From: an uncultured Thermoplasmatales archaeon
GTDB lineage: Archaea > Thermoplasmatota > E2 > DHVEG-1
Length of the DNA stretch: 64,000 nucleotides
NCBI GenBank assembly: GCA_964638175.1
Contig: CAZWZY010000004.1
Location: forward strand, 12,926 to 76,925
Reading direction: 5' to 3'
In this document: piece by piece, positions 9,520-18,794 of the stretch
Position numbering within the stretch: the first letter of the stretch is position 1
Layout of the letters: each line of letters starts with the position of its first letter
The notes under the pieces: generated by a model
The model's database searches: none
What the model saw: only the letters and a program-made list of their open reading frames with translations
What the model was told of the DNA's origin: nothing
Translations under genes and position numbers: made by a program

Positions 9520-10383
9520 ATGATCATGTTAGACTTCAAGGGATATATGATTAAAATAATAAGAAAAATATTTAAATCATATATCTCCTTATGTTTTTCA
9601 ATCAATGGGGGAACAAACCAATTGAAACATTATTATTCGACATATCATTCTTCCGTTAGAGCAAAGATTGTTGGAGCAATACTAATAGCAATGGGTATAG
9701 TGTTCTTTATCAATCCTACCTCACTTAATGTCAAGATTGGCTTTGCATCAACACTCATTGGAATCTTTGCGATTCTTATGATAACAAAAAATAGCGTCCC
9801 CGAGACAATCAGCGATGATCAGATTAAAGGGAATATACATGCAGTAAAACAAATACTCGAAAAACTACACCTCGAAGGAAATGCTGTTTTTTTACCAAAA
9901 ACAGCAATACTTTCAGAAGAACGAATTCTAATTCCTCCAAACAACACGGACCTCATACAGATTCCTGATATAACTGCTGATGATGTTTTTTTAACGAGGG
10001 CGAGCGGGAAGAATATGGGGATATCAATGCCTCCCTCTGGTCTAAAATTATTGAAGGAAATTGAAAAAGAGGCTAATTTTGAGAACACAGAAGCAAAAGA
10101 TATCGAAGACAAATTACAGAAATTTGTAGGAATTGATCTAATCACCTCACTGTCATTTACAAAACATAACAATGGCTGGATATTGGAATTTAAAAAACCC
10201 TACTATTGCCCCAATGATGAAAATCTTTGTAAACGATATCCCTGTCCAACCTGTAGTGCCATTCTTACTGCAATCACTCGAACGTCAGATGGATCACAGA
10301 GTAAATTGTGGATAAAAGATATCAAAAACAATGGAGAAAAAATGACATTTTATCTCCATTTTATCAAAAAAAGAACTAAATAG
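9520..10383 (+). CDS. Hypothetical membrane protein
   Basis: The 287-aa ORF has an N-terminal TM pair (IVGAILIAMGIVFFINPTS..LIGIFAILMI) followed by a soluble domain with paired Cys (CPNDENLCKRYPCPTC). No recognisable family. Confidence 0.4.
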   Translation: MIMLDFKGYMIKIIRKIFKSYISLCFSINGGTNQLKHYYSTYHSSVRAKIVGAILIAMGIVFFINPTSLNVKIGFASTLIGIFAILMITKNSVPETISDDQIKGNIHAVKQILEKLHLEGNAVFLPKTAILSEERILIPPNNTDLIQIPDITADDVFLTRASGKNMGISMPPSGLKLLKEIEKEANFENTEAKDIEDKLQKFVGIDLITSLSFTKHNNGWILEFKKPYYCPNDENLCKRYPCPTCSAILTAITRTSDGSQSKLWIKDIKNNGEKMTFYLHFIKKRTK

Positions 10384-10394
10384 GGGGATATTAC

Positions 10395-10646
10395 TTGTTG
10401 ATGGCTGAAAAAATAACGTGGTTTATTGCAGCATGGATTGTAGCTATGATCTTCATTGCAGGAGATGCAGATATCGAGGTACTTATTATACTGACATTTA
10501 TTGGTCTACTCATCGCAAAAGAGTTTACGGATCGCTTTACTACTGTCCAGCTTAAGCATCGGATAAATATATTTGTTGGTGTGTTTTTTATCATTTTTGT
10601 TGTTGCTGTTGTAAAAAAAACGCTCACTTTTGTTAACTTGAGTTGA
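10395..10646 (+). CDS. Small hypothetical membrane protein (83 aa)
   Basis: The ORF predicts three hydrophobic helices. It sits 11 nt after the preceding gene and 4 nt before the next. Confidence 0.3.
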   Translation: MLMAEKITWFIAAWIVAMIFIAGDADIEVLIILTFIGLLIAKEFTDRFTTVQLKHRINIFVGVFFIIFVVAVVKKTLTFVNLS

Positions 10647-10650
10647 GGCT

Positions 10651-11622
10651 ATGAAACTTTCCTTCCCACGATACCCAGCTGATATCATTTTGTGTGTCTT
10701 GTTGAGTTTCTTATTAATCCCCTTGTCATTCATAGATGTGGGGGAGCTACTGCACGTCATTCTAGGACTGCCCTTTGTGATATTCATACCAGGATATGTG
10801 CTTGTTTTTGCGCTTTTCCCCACTAGAAAGTCAGAAAAGGGGATCGATACTGTAGAACGAATTGCATTAAGCATCGGTCTCTCATTAGTAATCGTAGCTC
10901 TTATTGGAGTGGGACTTAATTACACGCCCTTTGATATACAACAATCCTCAAGTGGTTTTTGCCTTTTTTTCTTTATAATTAGTGTTGGAGCCGTTGCAAT
11001 CTATAGATGGATAAAGGCAGCCTCAGACGAGAGATTTTTCCTGTCTATTCACTTGTCATTGACAACACCTAAACATAATGTTGATAAGGTACTTCTTATT
11101 ATGTTAGTTATAGTAATAGCGCTTACCATCGTTACTTTTGCATATGTTGCAATTACTCCAAAGTCGGCTGAAACCTATACTGAATTTTATTTACTGGGCT
11201 CAGATGGTACTTTATCAGACTATCCCCAAAACTTATATGCTGGTGAAAATGCGACGGTGACTGTTGGAATTACCAATCATGAACATCGGCCTGTTGATTA
11301 CACTATTGAAATCTGGATCCTTAACCAAACAATCTCTTACGAGGGGTTAAAAAATACAACGATATATCATAATGCATGGTTCTTACGCAAAATCAATATC
11401 ACTTTGCCCTATGAATCCAAAGACACAGAAATGCCATGGACTCCGCAGTGGCTGTATAACTATACGTTTAATATCACAAAAAAAGGAGAGTTTAAAGTGC
11501 TGTTTCTTCTTTTTACTGCACCAACTCAAATGTATGTGCGTTATGAAGATTACACAAGCATAATTGAACAAAACATTAACAATGCGTATGAAGAATTGCA
11601 CCTAAACGTGGGCATTCTCTAA
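10651..11622 (+). CDS. Hypothetical membrane protein (N-terminal polytopic region plus extracellular N-glycosylation-sequon-rich domain; possibly DUF1616-like)
   Basis: The 323-aa product has about 5 TM helices followed by a soluble region with many N-x-S/T sequons (NATVTV, NQTIS, NTTIY, NITLP, NYTFNITK). Confidence 0.45.
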   Translation: MKLSFPRYPADIILCVLLSFLLIPLSFIDVGELLHVILGLPFVIFIPGYVLVFALFPTRKSEKGIDTVERIALSIGLSLVIVALIGVGLNYTPFDIQQSSSGFCLFFFIISVGAVAIYRWIKAASDERFFLSIHLSLTTPKHNVDKVLLIMLVIVIALTIVTFAYVAITPKSAETYTEFYLLGSDGTLSDYPQNLYAGENATVTVGITNHEHRPVDYTIEIWILNQTISYEGLKNTTIYHNAWFLRKINITLPYESKDTEMPWTPQWLYNYTFNITKKGEFKVLFLLFTAPTQMYVRYEDYTSIIEQNINNAYEELHLNVGIL

Positions 11623-11638
11623 TTTTTCTTGATATGTT

Positions 11639-12025
11639 GTGAAAGCAATGCCTGGATTTATCCCTCATTTGATGGCCGGATGTGCCATGTTTATCATTGG
11701 TAGATATTACTTTAGAGACTATTTTGATGGCAGTGACAAAATAAAAGAACGTCTGTTTCTTGCAGTTGTATGCATACTATTTAGTTTCATCCCCGATATC
11801 TTTTTAATAGTATATTATTCAACCCACCTTGTTTCGTTTGAAACTGTTCTGCCCTGTCATGAACTTTCCCATGTGCTATGGGGGCCAATTGCTATTGCTT
11901 CCCTCCTTATTATTAAATATGGAATACAAACAAAGAGGGAACCAATATGGCTTATGGGTTTTTGGTCAATTGTTATTCATATGATAATGGATGTGCTAGT
12001 GCAGGAAAGTGGCATATGGTTCTAA
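11639..12025 (+). CDS. Hypothetical small polytopic membrane protein
   Basis: The 128-aa product predicts four hydrophobic helices and lies co-directional with the upstream membrane genes. Confidence 0.4.
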   Translation: MKAMPGFIPHLMAGCAMFIIGRYYFRDYFDGSDKIKERLFLAVVCILFSFIPDIFLIVYYSTHLVSFETVLPCHELSHVLWGPIAIASLLIIKYGIQTKREPIWLMGFWSIVIHMIMDVLVQESGIWF

Positions 12026-12099
12026 GGAGAATTACGCCCCGTATTATATAATATAAAGCTATAAATATAATAAACATATATTTACTTAGAGCGATTACG

Positions 12100-13077
12100 T
12101 TGAAAAAAAATGTCATATCTCTTGTTAAATTGCCCGATTCAATACTTTCCAAAGTATATTTGAAATTATTTCAGGAGAAGAGTTCTCTTAGCACCTTTCT
12201 TTTCCATGGATTATTTCGTGATGAAAAAGAGCGTTCGCCGAATCTTGTTGATCCGCAACCATGGATTACAGTAGAACAATTCCACCAGTTTGTAGAATAT
12301 TACATAGATCATGGCTACATATTCGTATCACCAGACGACGTTTTATCAGGTTTAAAAGATCATAATAGCTATATTATGATAACATTTGACGATGGCTATT
12401 ATAACAACGTTCATGCGTTGCCAGTTTTACAAAAATATGATATCCCTGCCATCTTTTTTATTTCTACCAATCACGTGATATATAACAAAGGATTCTGGTG
12501 GGACGTTTTGTACAGAGAACGAAAAAAAGCAGGAGGATCAACAAAAGAAATTGTCCGTGAGCAAAACGAATTAAAAACAAAGACTGCCGAAGCCATTGAA
12601 GCATATCTTCAGTTAACATTTGGAGAACGATCCCTGGAACCTCATGGAGATATTGATCGACCTTTTACACCTCACGAACTTCAAGAATTTTCTAGAGAGA
12701 ACAACGTCTTTCTTGGCAATCACACCAGCGATCATGCCATTCTTACCAACTATTGTTCTGATGCTATAAAAGCACAAATATGTAGTGCTCAGGATACTCT
12801 TAGTTCAATTACTGGAAGGACTCCTCTGGCTATTTCGTATCCAAACGGAAATTATTCCGATAGGATTATTAAGATATCGCGAGAGGCGGGAATTGAACTA
12901 GGGATCGCTATAGGATGCAGAAAAAATTACCTGCCATTTACCGATAAAAATGTAGATAATATGCGTCTTAATAGATTTGATATAACGGGATGTGATAATA
13001 TCCTTGCACAATGTGAGTTATTCAGATCAGATGTTCTGCTATATCCTTTGATTTTGAATGCATTAAAAAGAGTATAG
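12100..13077 (+). CDS. Polysaccharide deacetylase (NodB-homology, carbohydrate esterase family 4)
   Basis: The product carries the NodB motifs ITFDDGYYNN (Asp-Asp metal/catalytic pair), HAILT and NGNY. Translation starts at a TTG codon. Length is 325 aa. Confidence 0.8.
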   Translation: MKKNVISLVKLPDSILSKVYLKLFQEKSSLSTFLFHGLFRDEKERSPNLVDPQPWITVEQFHQFVEYYIDHGYIFVSPDDVLSGLKDHNSYIMITFDDGYYNNVHALPVLQKYDIPAIFFISTNHVIYNKGFWWDVLYRERKKAGGSTKEIVREQNELKTKTAEAIEAYLQLTFGERSLEPHGDIDRPFTPHELQEFSRENNVFLGNHTSDHAILTNYCSDAIKAQICSAQDTLSSITGRTPLAISYPNGNYSDRIIKISREAGIELGIAIGCRKNYLPFTDKNVDNMRLNRFDITGCDNILAQCELFRSDVLLYPLILNALKRV

Positions 13078-13117
13078 TATTTTGTGTCGATTGTATACCT
13101 AAGAATGACGGATTCAG

Positions 13118-13468
13118 TTATTCTGATTTGTTGACAATAAGAGCAATGGCAACAGCGGTATCTTCAGAGTGAGACAAGCTTATTTTTACATCGAAGTCGT
13201 CTGTGTTCACAATTGTAACAAAAGGAACTCCATTTTTGTTGTTTGCTATCTCGATCTGCTTTGGTAGTAGCTTGATACCGTAGCAAGAGAATGCTTTGAT
13301 AACTGCTTCTTTTCCAGCAAATCGGACTGCATAATGTTGGTAGGAATGTGCCTTGCTTTCGCAATAAGTGATTTCACGTTCTGTGAATATCTTGCTTAGA
13401 ATAGCTTTTTTTGAAGCGATATCCCTCTGGAATCGAGAGAGCGCCACACAGTCTATGCCGACTTCCAT
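13118..13468 (-). CDS. acpS: Holo-ACP synthase (AcpS-type 4'-phosphopantetheinyl transferase)
   Basis: The 116-aa product begins MEVGIDCVALSRFQ (a GIDxVxxxR start) and contains FAGKEAVIKA. Size and motifs are typical of AcpS. Confidence 0.75.
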   Translation of the reverse strand: MEVGIDCVALSRFQRDIASKKAILSKIFTEREITYCESKAHSYQHYAVRFAGKEAVIKAFSCYGIKLLPKQIEIANNKNGVPFVTIVNTDDFDVKISLSHSEDTAVAIALIVNKSE

Positions 13469-13506
13469 CTTATCTCCTCAGCAACAGTGGGTTGTGGTGC
13501 ATCTTT

Positions 13507-14556
13507 TTATACATCGCTATCTCCTGTGAAAAAATGCCAGTTGTTTTTATCTAAGAGATACGATTCTAATGAAAGATTTGTGTTATATAGCGCTACTATG
13601 GCATCATCCTCTTTTGTCATAAAGAAATTAAATTCTTTTAACTTCTTTTGAAATGATTCGTTTCCAAGATAACGAATAACAATGGCTCCCATTCCCTTTG
13701 CTTTGATATGTCGTATAAACTCTGTTAACAACACTGTCGGTACTTCCTCCGAGAATTTAAATAACATATCCACAATGTGACAGATATTTTCCTTTATATG
13801 ATAAACGACATATCCTGCAAGTTCTTTATTCTCGCCCATAAGACAAAAGATATCATACTCTTGTATAGATGGATACTTATATCTCCAGTTGAGAAACTGT
13901 GCAGTTCGCTCTCCAATGATAGTAAATTGTTTTGATGTTTCTTGCCAGAACGTATCAAATCTCTCGTCAAAATATTCTGGCATCTCTATGGTATATCTAT
14001 CATTTCTTTTAGAGTAGTGCTCTTTTGAGATGCTGTTGGCGACAACGTCTGCCATCGTTGAAACTATCCTGTTTTGAAGGATTGGAGGCAGATATTCTTT
14101 TGGCACCTTTTCTGTCTTTAATAACTTTATATATCGCTTAAATTTTCCAATTTCTACGTATCCTATTCGTAAAAAAAATGTTCGTGAAAGTTCATTTGGC
14201 ACTCCATAGATAAAGCTAAATCCAGCATCTCCTACTCTTGATAAAATTTCCTCTTGTAATCTGAGTGCTAGGCCAAATCCTCGATGTTTTTTATCTACAG
14301 CAAAATCTCCAGCTATTGCCGCATCCGTTGATTTACCATTCACAAACCATCTTCTTGGAAAAAGAGCTGCTGAACCAGTCACTGTATGAGAAGATTCATA
14401 TTTCGCCAACCAACAGGAAGCATTTCCGTAGGGACACTGTACATAGTTCCAGTCATATCTTTGTGACGATGCTACGTCTAGATTTCTCTGCAGTATGGGA
14501 AGAATATCTTTTTTGTCACGTTGTACATCAGCTTTAATGATGGTATAACTATTCAT
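13507..14556 (-). CDS. FemAB-like / GNAT-fold acyltransferase
   Basis: The 349-aa product has a GNAT acyl-CoA/ACP binding signature (HRGFGLALRL) in a roughly 340-aa two-lobed architecture. That arrangement is typical of FemAB-related proteins found in exopolysaccharide loci. Confidence 0.55.
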   Translation of the reverse strand: MNSYTIIKADVQRDKKDILPILQRNLDVASSQRYDWNYVQCPYGNASCWLAKYESSHTVTGSAALFPRRWFVNGKSTDAAIAGDFAVDKKHRGFGLALRLQEEILSRVGDAGFSFIYGVPNELSRTFFLRIGYVEIGKFKRYIKLLKTEKVPKEYLPPILQNRIVSTMADVVANSISKEHYSKRNDRYTIEMPEYFDERFDTFWQETSKQFTIIGERTAQFLNWRYKYPSIQEYDIFCLMGENKELAGYVVYHIKENICHIVDMLFKFSEEVPTVLLTEFIRHIKAKGMGAIVIRYLGNESFQKKLKEFNFFMTKEDDAIVALYNTNLSLESYLLDKNNWHFFTGDSDV

Positions 14557-15548
14557 TTTATTCCTAACTTCTGTTGCACAAAGGCAACTGTTTTTTGGTC
14601 TTCGATTTTGTTAATTCTCTCTAATGCTGATTCTCGGTCCAAGTGTCCCTCTCGAACCAAGTTTGCTAATTCAAATGCATAGGGATGAAAATGAAATTGT
14701 TTCTTATGTACGACGTTTGCAAATGAATTCAGCAGGCAATTGGTGGAGTTCGCATCCGTGTCTTGAGGTGCTTTCCACCCGTATTGACATATTTCTCGGT
14801 ATACTCTTTTTTCGTCGTACTCTAAAAACGCCAGGGGATGGATATTATATGGAAAGCGATACGAACCATCAAAATGCTTTTCCTCAAGGAAATAGGGGCT
14901 TATCTCATCTCCAACGATTTGATGCAGTGGTTGAAAGATTGCTTTTTGCATCATCTTTATCAGTTGAGCGTTGTTTTTCATGATTGATGAAGTAATGGGT
15001 GCTTGGCCCGGCGACCAGCCAAATGCAATAAAGGGAATATCTTTTTCGAGCGCGGTACGAAGGGCGCTGAATTTTACGATTCCCATGCAAGATGTACAAA
15101 TCGTACTCGACCGTTCAATGGTTTTTACGGCATATGGATTGTTGGTTGAACATTCGTAAAAAATTTTTTTAAGGACATCAAAACGGGGTTTGAGAGTGAT
15201 ATGATCGATTCCCAAATTTTCCATCACCGTTCTGATATTCTTGAACGCCTGTTCTGAAAGAAATCCATTATCAAAAGTAATAGCAAGAATGTTTAAGCCA
15301 TATGTTTCCTTCAATTTGATGGTGGTGTAAGTACTATCTTTGCCACCACTATAACACATTAGAGCATCGTAACTACTTTTTCCTTTGTACTCTTTAATCA
15401 ACTCCTCAAATTTTTGTTTGCACACGGTCTTTTTATCTTTTAGATGATGTATGCCCTTAAATTCAAGACAGAAGTTACAGATCCCATTCTCATTAATTCT
15501 GATTCCTGGAAAGGTTTCAGGTAATATGCATTTAAGACAGCGTTTCAT
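14553..15548 (-). CDS. N-acetyl sugar amidotransferase (WbuX/PseA-like PP-loop ATP pyrophosphatase with N-terminal Cys4 zinc ribbon)
   Basis: The internal Met (MKRCLKCILPETFPGIRINENGICNFC) has a G-rich RBS directly upstream. The PP-loop CYSGGKDSTY is present. The longer ORF-track start would overlap the upstream gene by 44 nt. Confidence 0.7.
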   Translation of the reverse strand: MKRCLKCILPETFPGIRINENGICNFCLEFKGIHHLKDKKTVCKQKFEELIKEYKGKSSYDALMCYSGGKDSTYTTIKLKETYGLNILAITFDNGFLSEQAFKNIRTVMENLGIDHITLKPRFDVLKKIFYECSTNNPYAVKTIERSSTICTSCMGIVKFSALRTALEKDIPFIAFGWSPGQAPITSSIMKNNAQLIKMMQKAIFQPLHQIVGDEISPYFLEEKHFDGSYRFPYNIHPLAFLEYDEKRVYREICQYGWKAPQDTDANSTNCLLNSFANVVHKKQFHFHPYAFELANLVREGHLDRESALERINKIEDQKTVAFVQQKLGIK

Positions 15549-16536
15549 TTCCCCCCTCCGTATTTTCCTGATCAAGTGTTGGAGGTAGTTTTCTTAAGTG
15601 TTTTGTAGCAGTATATTTGCTTGCGAAATCCCTGAATGCCCGTTGTACTTGTTGCTCCTCTAAATTCATTGCTTTGCACACTTCAGACACTTCGATATTG
15701 TTTTCCCACGCGTACAACAAAGGGTCAAGGAGATCATAGGGGATACGAAAATAGAATTCCTCATCACTTACCTGAAAACTAAAAGTGTCTGGACTTGGTG
15801 ATCTTTCTATGATCTCTGGGATCACGCCCGTATAATTCGAGAGCTGGTACACCTGTGTTTTATACAGGTGAGATAGAGGCTCGATATCAACTCCGCCATC
15901 TCCATACTTAACAAAAAAGCCCTGTAATAATTCAGTTTTGTTGGTTGTACCGCATACAAGATAATTTTTCATTTCTGCGTAATAATATAAATACATCATC
16001 CGTGTTCGCTGTTTGGTATCCGTAGCAGCGACAATACCGTTAAGTGCTTTTTTATTAAGTCGAAATGACCTTACGTTACCTTTGTTATCCTCTATTATTA
16101 ATGTGAAAACGTTGTATGCACCCTTGGATAACAAATCAGAAGGCAAGGTAATTTTTACTCTATGTTTGATTGAGTAATCTGGATAAATTTTTTTAATAAA
16201 CTCATCTCTTTTCTTATATGTTCCAACTTTCTCAAGAACCGTAGTTATGTCAACGATCTCTATTTCGATTCCTAATTTTTCTGCTTGTTTTTTGGCATAC
16301 ATAATACTTACTGGGTTAGATTCTTTTTCTGGAAGTAGTACACCAAATACCCTATCCTTTCCAAGTGCCCGCACACATAACTCAGCGGCAAGAGCAGAGT
16401 CGATGCCACCACTCAACCCTATTACTATGCCATCTCGCTTCATTGAGTCTGTTTGTTGTTTGATGAATGAACAAACCTGATCAATCTCCTTTTTGCAATC
16501 AAGTTTTAGAATCTCTTTTTGAAACGTCATTATCAT
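15532..16536 (-). CDS. NAD+ synthetase-like PP-loop amidotransferase (NadE family)
   Basis: The product has GIVIGLSGGIDSALAAEL near its N-terminus, the SGGxDS PP-loop. NadE-like motifs follow (KTELLQGFFVKYGDGGVDIEPL). Length is 334 aa. Confidence 0.6.
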   Translation of the reverse strand: MIMTFQKEILKLDCKKEIDQVCSFIKQQTDSMKRDGIVIGLSGGIDSALAAELCVRALGKDRVFGVLLPEKESNPVSIMYAKKQAEKLGIEIEIVDITTVLEKVGTYKKRDEFIKKIYPDYSIKHRVKITLPSDLLSKGAYNVFTLIIEDNKGNVRSFRLNKKALNGIVAATDTKQRTRMMYLYYYAEMKNYLVCGTTNKTELLQGFFVKYGDGGVDIEPLSHLYKTQVYQLSNYTGVIPEIIERSPSPDTFSFQVSDEEFYFRIPYDLLDPLLYAWENNIEVSEVCKAMNLEEQQVQRAFRDFASKYTATKHLRKLPPTLDQENTEGGNETLS

Positions 16537-16562
16537 ATTACTCCTATACTAAAGTTGTAAGT

Positions 16563-18110
16563 TCATACTCCAGTTGTCTCAGCTAAATACTTTAAATGTA
16601 TCTTTCCACTCGGTGTCTTTGGTAGCTGTTGATGAATTTCTACATATTTGGGGATCATGAATTGTTCTAGGTGTTTAGAGCATTGTAGAAGAATGCCCTT
16701 TTTAGATATGGATGAGCCTTCCCTCAACGAGACGACAGCTTTTATTGCTTGTCCAACTATTTTATCTGGTACTCCGACCACGCCCGCCTCAAGAACGTCA
16801 TCTATTTCATAAAGCACATTTTCTACTTCTTTTGGACTGACCAACCCTCCCGCCGTCTTAATCATGTCATCTTTCCGAGCAACGAAATAAAGGTAATTTT
16901 CATCATCCATTTTAAATAAATCTCCTGTAAACAAATTTTTTTCTCCAGGGTAATCTCCTTGCTTTAGTTTTTTTGCAGTCTCCTCAGGGCGATTCCAGTA
17001 CCCTTTCATCACGTTTGCACCTCTCACTACTAGCTCGCCAATCTCTCCCGGATTCGTGATCCTTTCTCCGACTTCGTTTACAAGATAGACCTCAGTATCA
17101 GGTATCGCCTTTCCGACAGAGGTTGGTCTTTTTGAGAGTTCCCCGGGTGGTAGGTAGGTCGCCCGCTTACATTCGGTAAGGCCATACATAGAATAGATTT
17201 TGGTTTTGGGGAATATTTCCTGAAGTCTGACTATATGTTTTACTGGTAATGTTTGAGCAGTGCTCGTGATATATCGTAATTTGGAAAAGTCGTAGGAATC
17301 TAAATTTTTCAATTTCAAAAGAATAGCAGCAATTGCAGGTACAAGAGGAAAACCCGTAATCTTCTCTTTAACAATCACGTCGATGATTTGGTAAGGATAC
17401 AGGAATGACTTCTCCAAGAATGCTGTTCCCCCAAATTTTATAGCCATTAGAATTTGATAGAGCCCATAGTCAAAAGAAAGAGGAAGACAATTAAGAATGA
17501 TGTCTTGGCTTGTGTTCTCTAAGTACGTAATAATAGAATTTGCGGCAGTTACCATATTCTGGTGTGTAAGCATGACGCCTTTGGGGTTACCTGTTGAACC
17601 AGAAGTATATATCAAACTTGCTAAATCAATGCTTATACAATTACTCCGAGGGCAGGATGTTGGATGCTGTAACGCCTCGTTGAAAGAAACCAACGTGGGG
17701 TTGTTGCGGGAATATTCATCGGTTACCAGTATCGTGGCTAACTCAGAGCAATGCAAAATAGTCTGGGAGACTTCCTCAAGGTGTCTTTCGTCTGTTATCA
17801 ATATTTTAGCTTGGCAATCATTTAGAATATATTGTAATTTTTTTGCTTTCACTTGAGGATGTATTATCACAAAAACGCCTGAAGCTTTTAATGCTCCAAA
17901 GAGAGATACGACTGATTCGACAGAATTTTCAAGGTATATTGCAACCCTATCTTGCTTTTGTAAACCATAAAATATTAATGCATTTGCTAGGGAGTTGGCG
18001 GCCTGTTCTAGTTCGAGAAAAGATGCCCTCTTGTTCTGACTAATCAATGCCATTTTGTTTGAGAATCTTTTTGCGCTTTGCTCCAAGAATTTATTTACCA
18101 ACATGTCCAA
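16563..18110 (-). CDS. AMP-dependent synthetase/ligase (acyl-CoA/acyl-ACP ligase)
   Basis: The 515-aa product carries the AMP-binding signature YTSGSTGNPKGV, a second core motif YGLTE, and GEIGELVVRG...GDL..D..GYL..R.KD.IK. Confidence 0.8.
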   Translation of the reverse strand: MDMLVNKFLEQSAKRFSNKMALISQNKRASFLELEQAANSLANALIFYGLQKQDRVAIYLENSVESVVSLFGALKASGVFVIIHPQVKAKKLQYILNDCQAKILITDERHLEEVSQTILHCSELATILVTDEYSRNNPTLVSFNEALQHPTSCPRSNCISIDLASLIYTSGSTGNPKGVMLTHQNMVTAANSIITYLENTSQDIILNCLPLSFDYGLYQILMAIKFGGTAFLEKSFLYPYQIIDVIVKEKITGFPLVPAIAAILLKLKNLDSYDFSKLRYITSTAQTLPVKHIVRLQEIFPKTKIYSMYGLTECKRATYLPPGELSKRPTSVGKAIPDTEVYLVNEVGERITNPGEIGELVVRGANVMKGYWNRPEETAKKLKQGDYPGEKNLFTGDLFKMDDENYLYFVARKDDMIKTAGGLVSPKEVENVLYEIDDVLEAGVVGVPDKIVGQAIKAVVSLREGSSISKKGILLQCSKHLEQFMIPKYVEIHQQLPKTPSGKIHLKYLAETTGV

Positions 18111-18390
18111 TCTTCTTTGTTATATAGGTAGTTATTTTATTCAAAGAATCCAAGTTATCGGGAACTAGTTCATCGTCTTCTACAGTAATATTAAACGTCT
18201 CCTCGATGTAACTTACCAGCTCCAATACTCCTGTCGAATCGATAATCCCTTTTTCCATGAACGAATCATTTTTATTAAGGACTGTTGAACCATTGCCTAG
18301 TCGAAAGTTATCGCGGATAAATAGTTGTAATTTTCCCCTAATTTCGTCTTCGTCTCTTTTGTGTACTTTTATCATTACGAATCCTCTCAC
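18091..18390 (-). CDS. Acyl carrier protein
   Basis: The 99-aa product has the IIDSTGVLELVSYIEETF segment, which contains the conserved DS(T/L) phosphopantetheine-attachment Ser. It overlaps the ligase gene by 20 nt. Confidence 0.7.
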   Translation of the reverse strand: MRGFVMIKVHKRDEDEIRGKLQLFIRDNFRLGNGSTVLNKNDSFMEKGIIDSTGVLELVSYIEETFNITVEDDELVPDNLDSLNKITTYITKKIGHVGK

Positions 18391-18794
18391 AACTAATATT
18401 TGATGAATTTGGAACCCTGTTTACGTATCTTCTAAGTACCTCTTCTAAATTATAAAAAAAGGTAATGTTCTGAATTTTTTTCGGGTACATTCCACTTTCT
18501 CCCTTATATTCTTCCGCTTCTGATTCAGATTGAATATTTCTAGTATTAAGCACTATGATTTTTTTTACGGTCAATAGTCATAAATCATCATCTTTATTAA
18601 TTATATAGTATATTATTTTTATCATAAAAATAGAAAAGATAATCTCACACAATTGTGCTCAATAAGAACAACTTTAATGAAAATATTTAAATATAAACTT
18701 TATTTTATTGATAATAATATTAATTTATGTTTGTGGGGGCTTGTCGTATAACGCGCATCTATCCATCGAGACTGTGTAATGGGAGGATAATCGA
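18391..18794. promoter_or_regulatory. Extremely AT-rich divergent intergenic region (putative bidirectional TATA/BRE promoters)
   Basis: About 400 nt of low-GC sequence with multiple TATA-like elements (ttaattatatagtatatta, aaatataaactttatttta). It separates the minus-strand ACP operon from the plus-strand glycosyltransferase operon. Confidence 0.4.
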
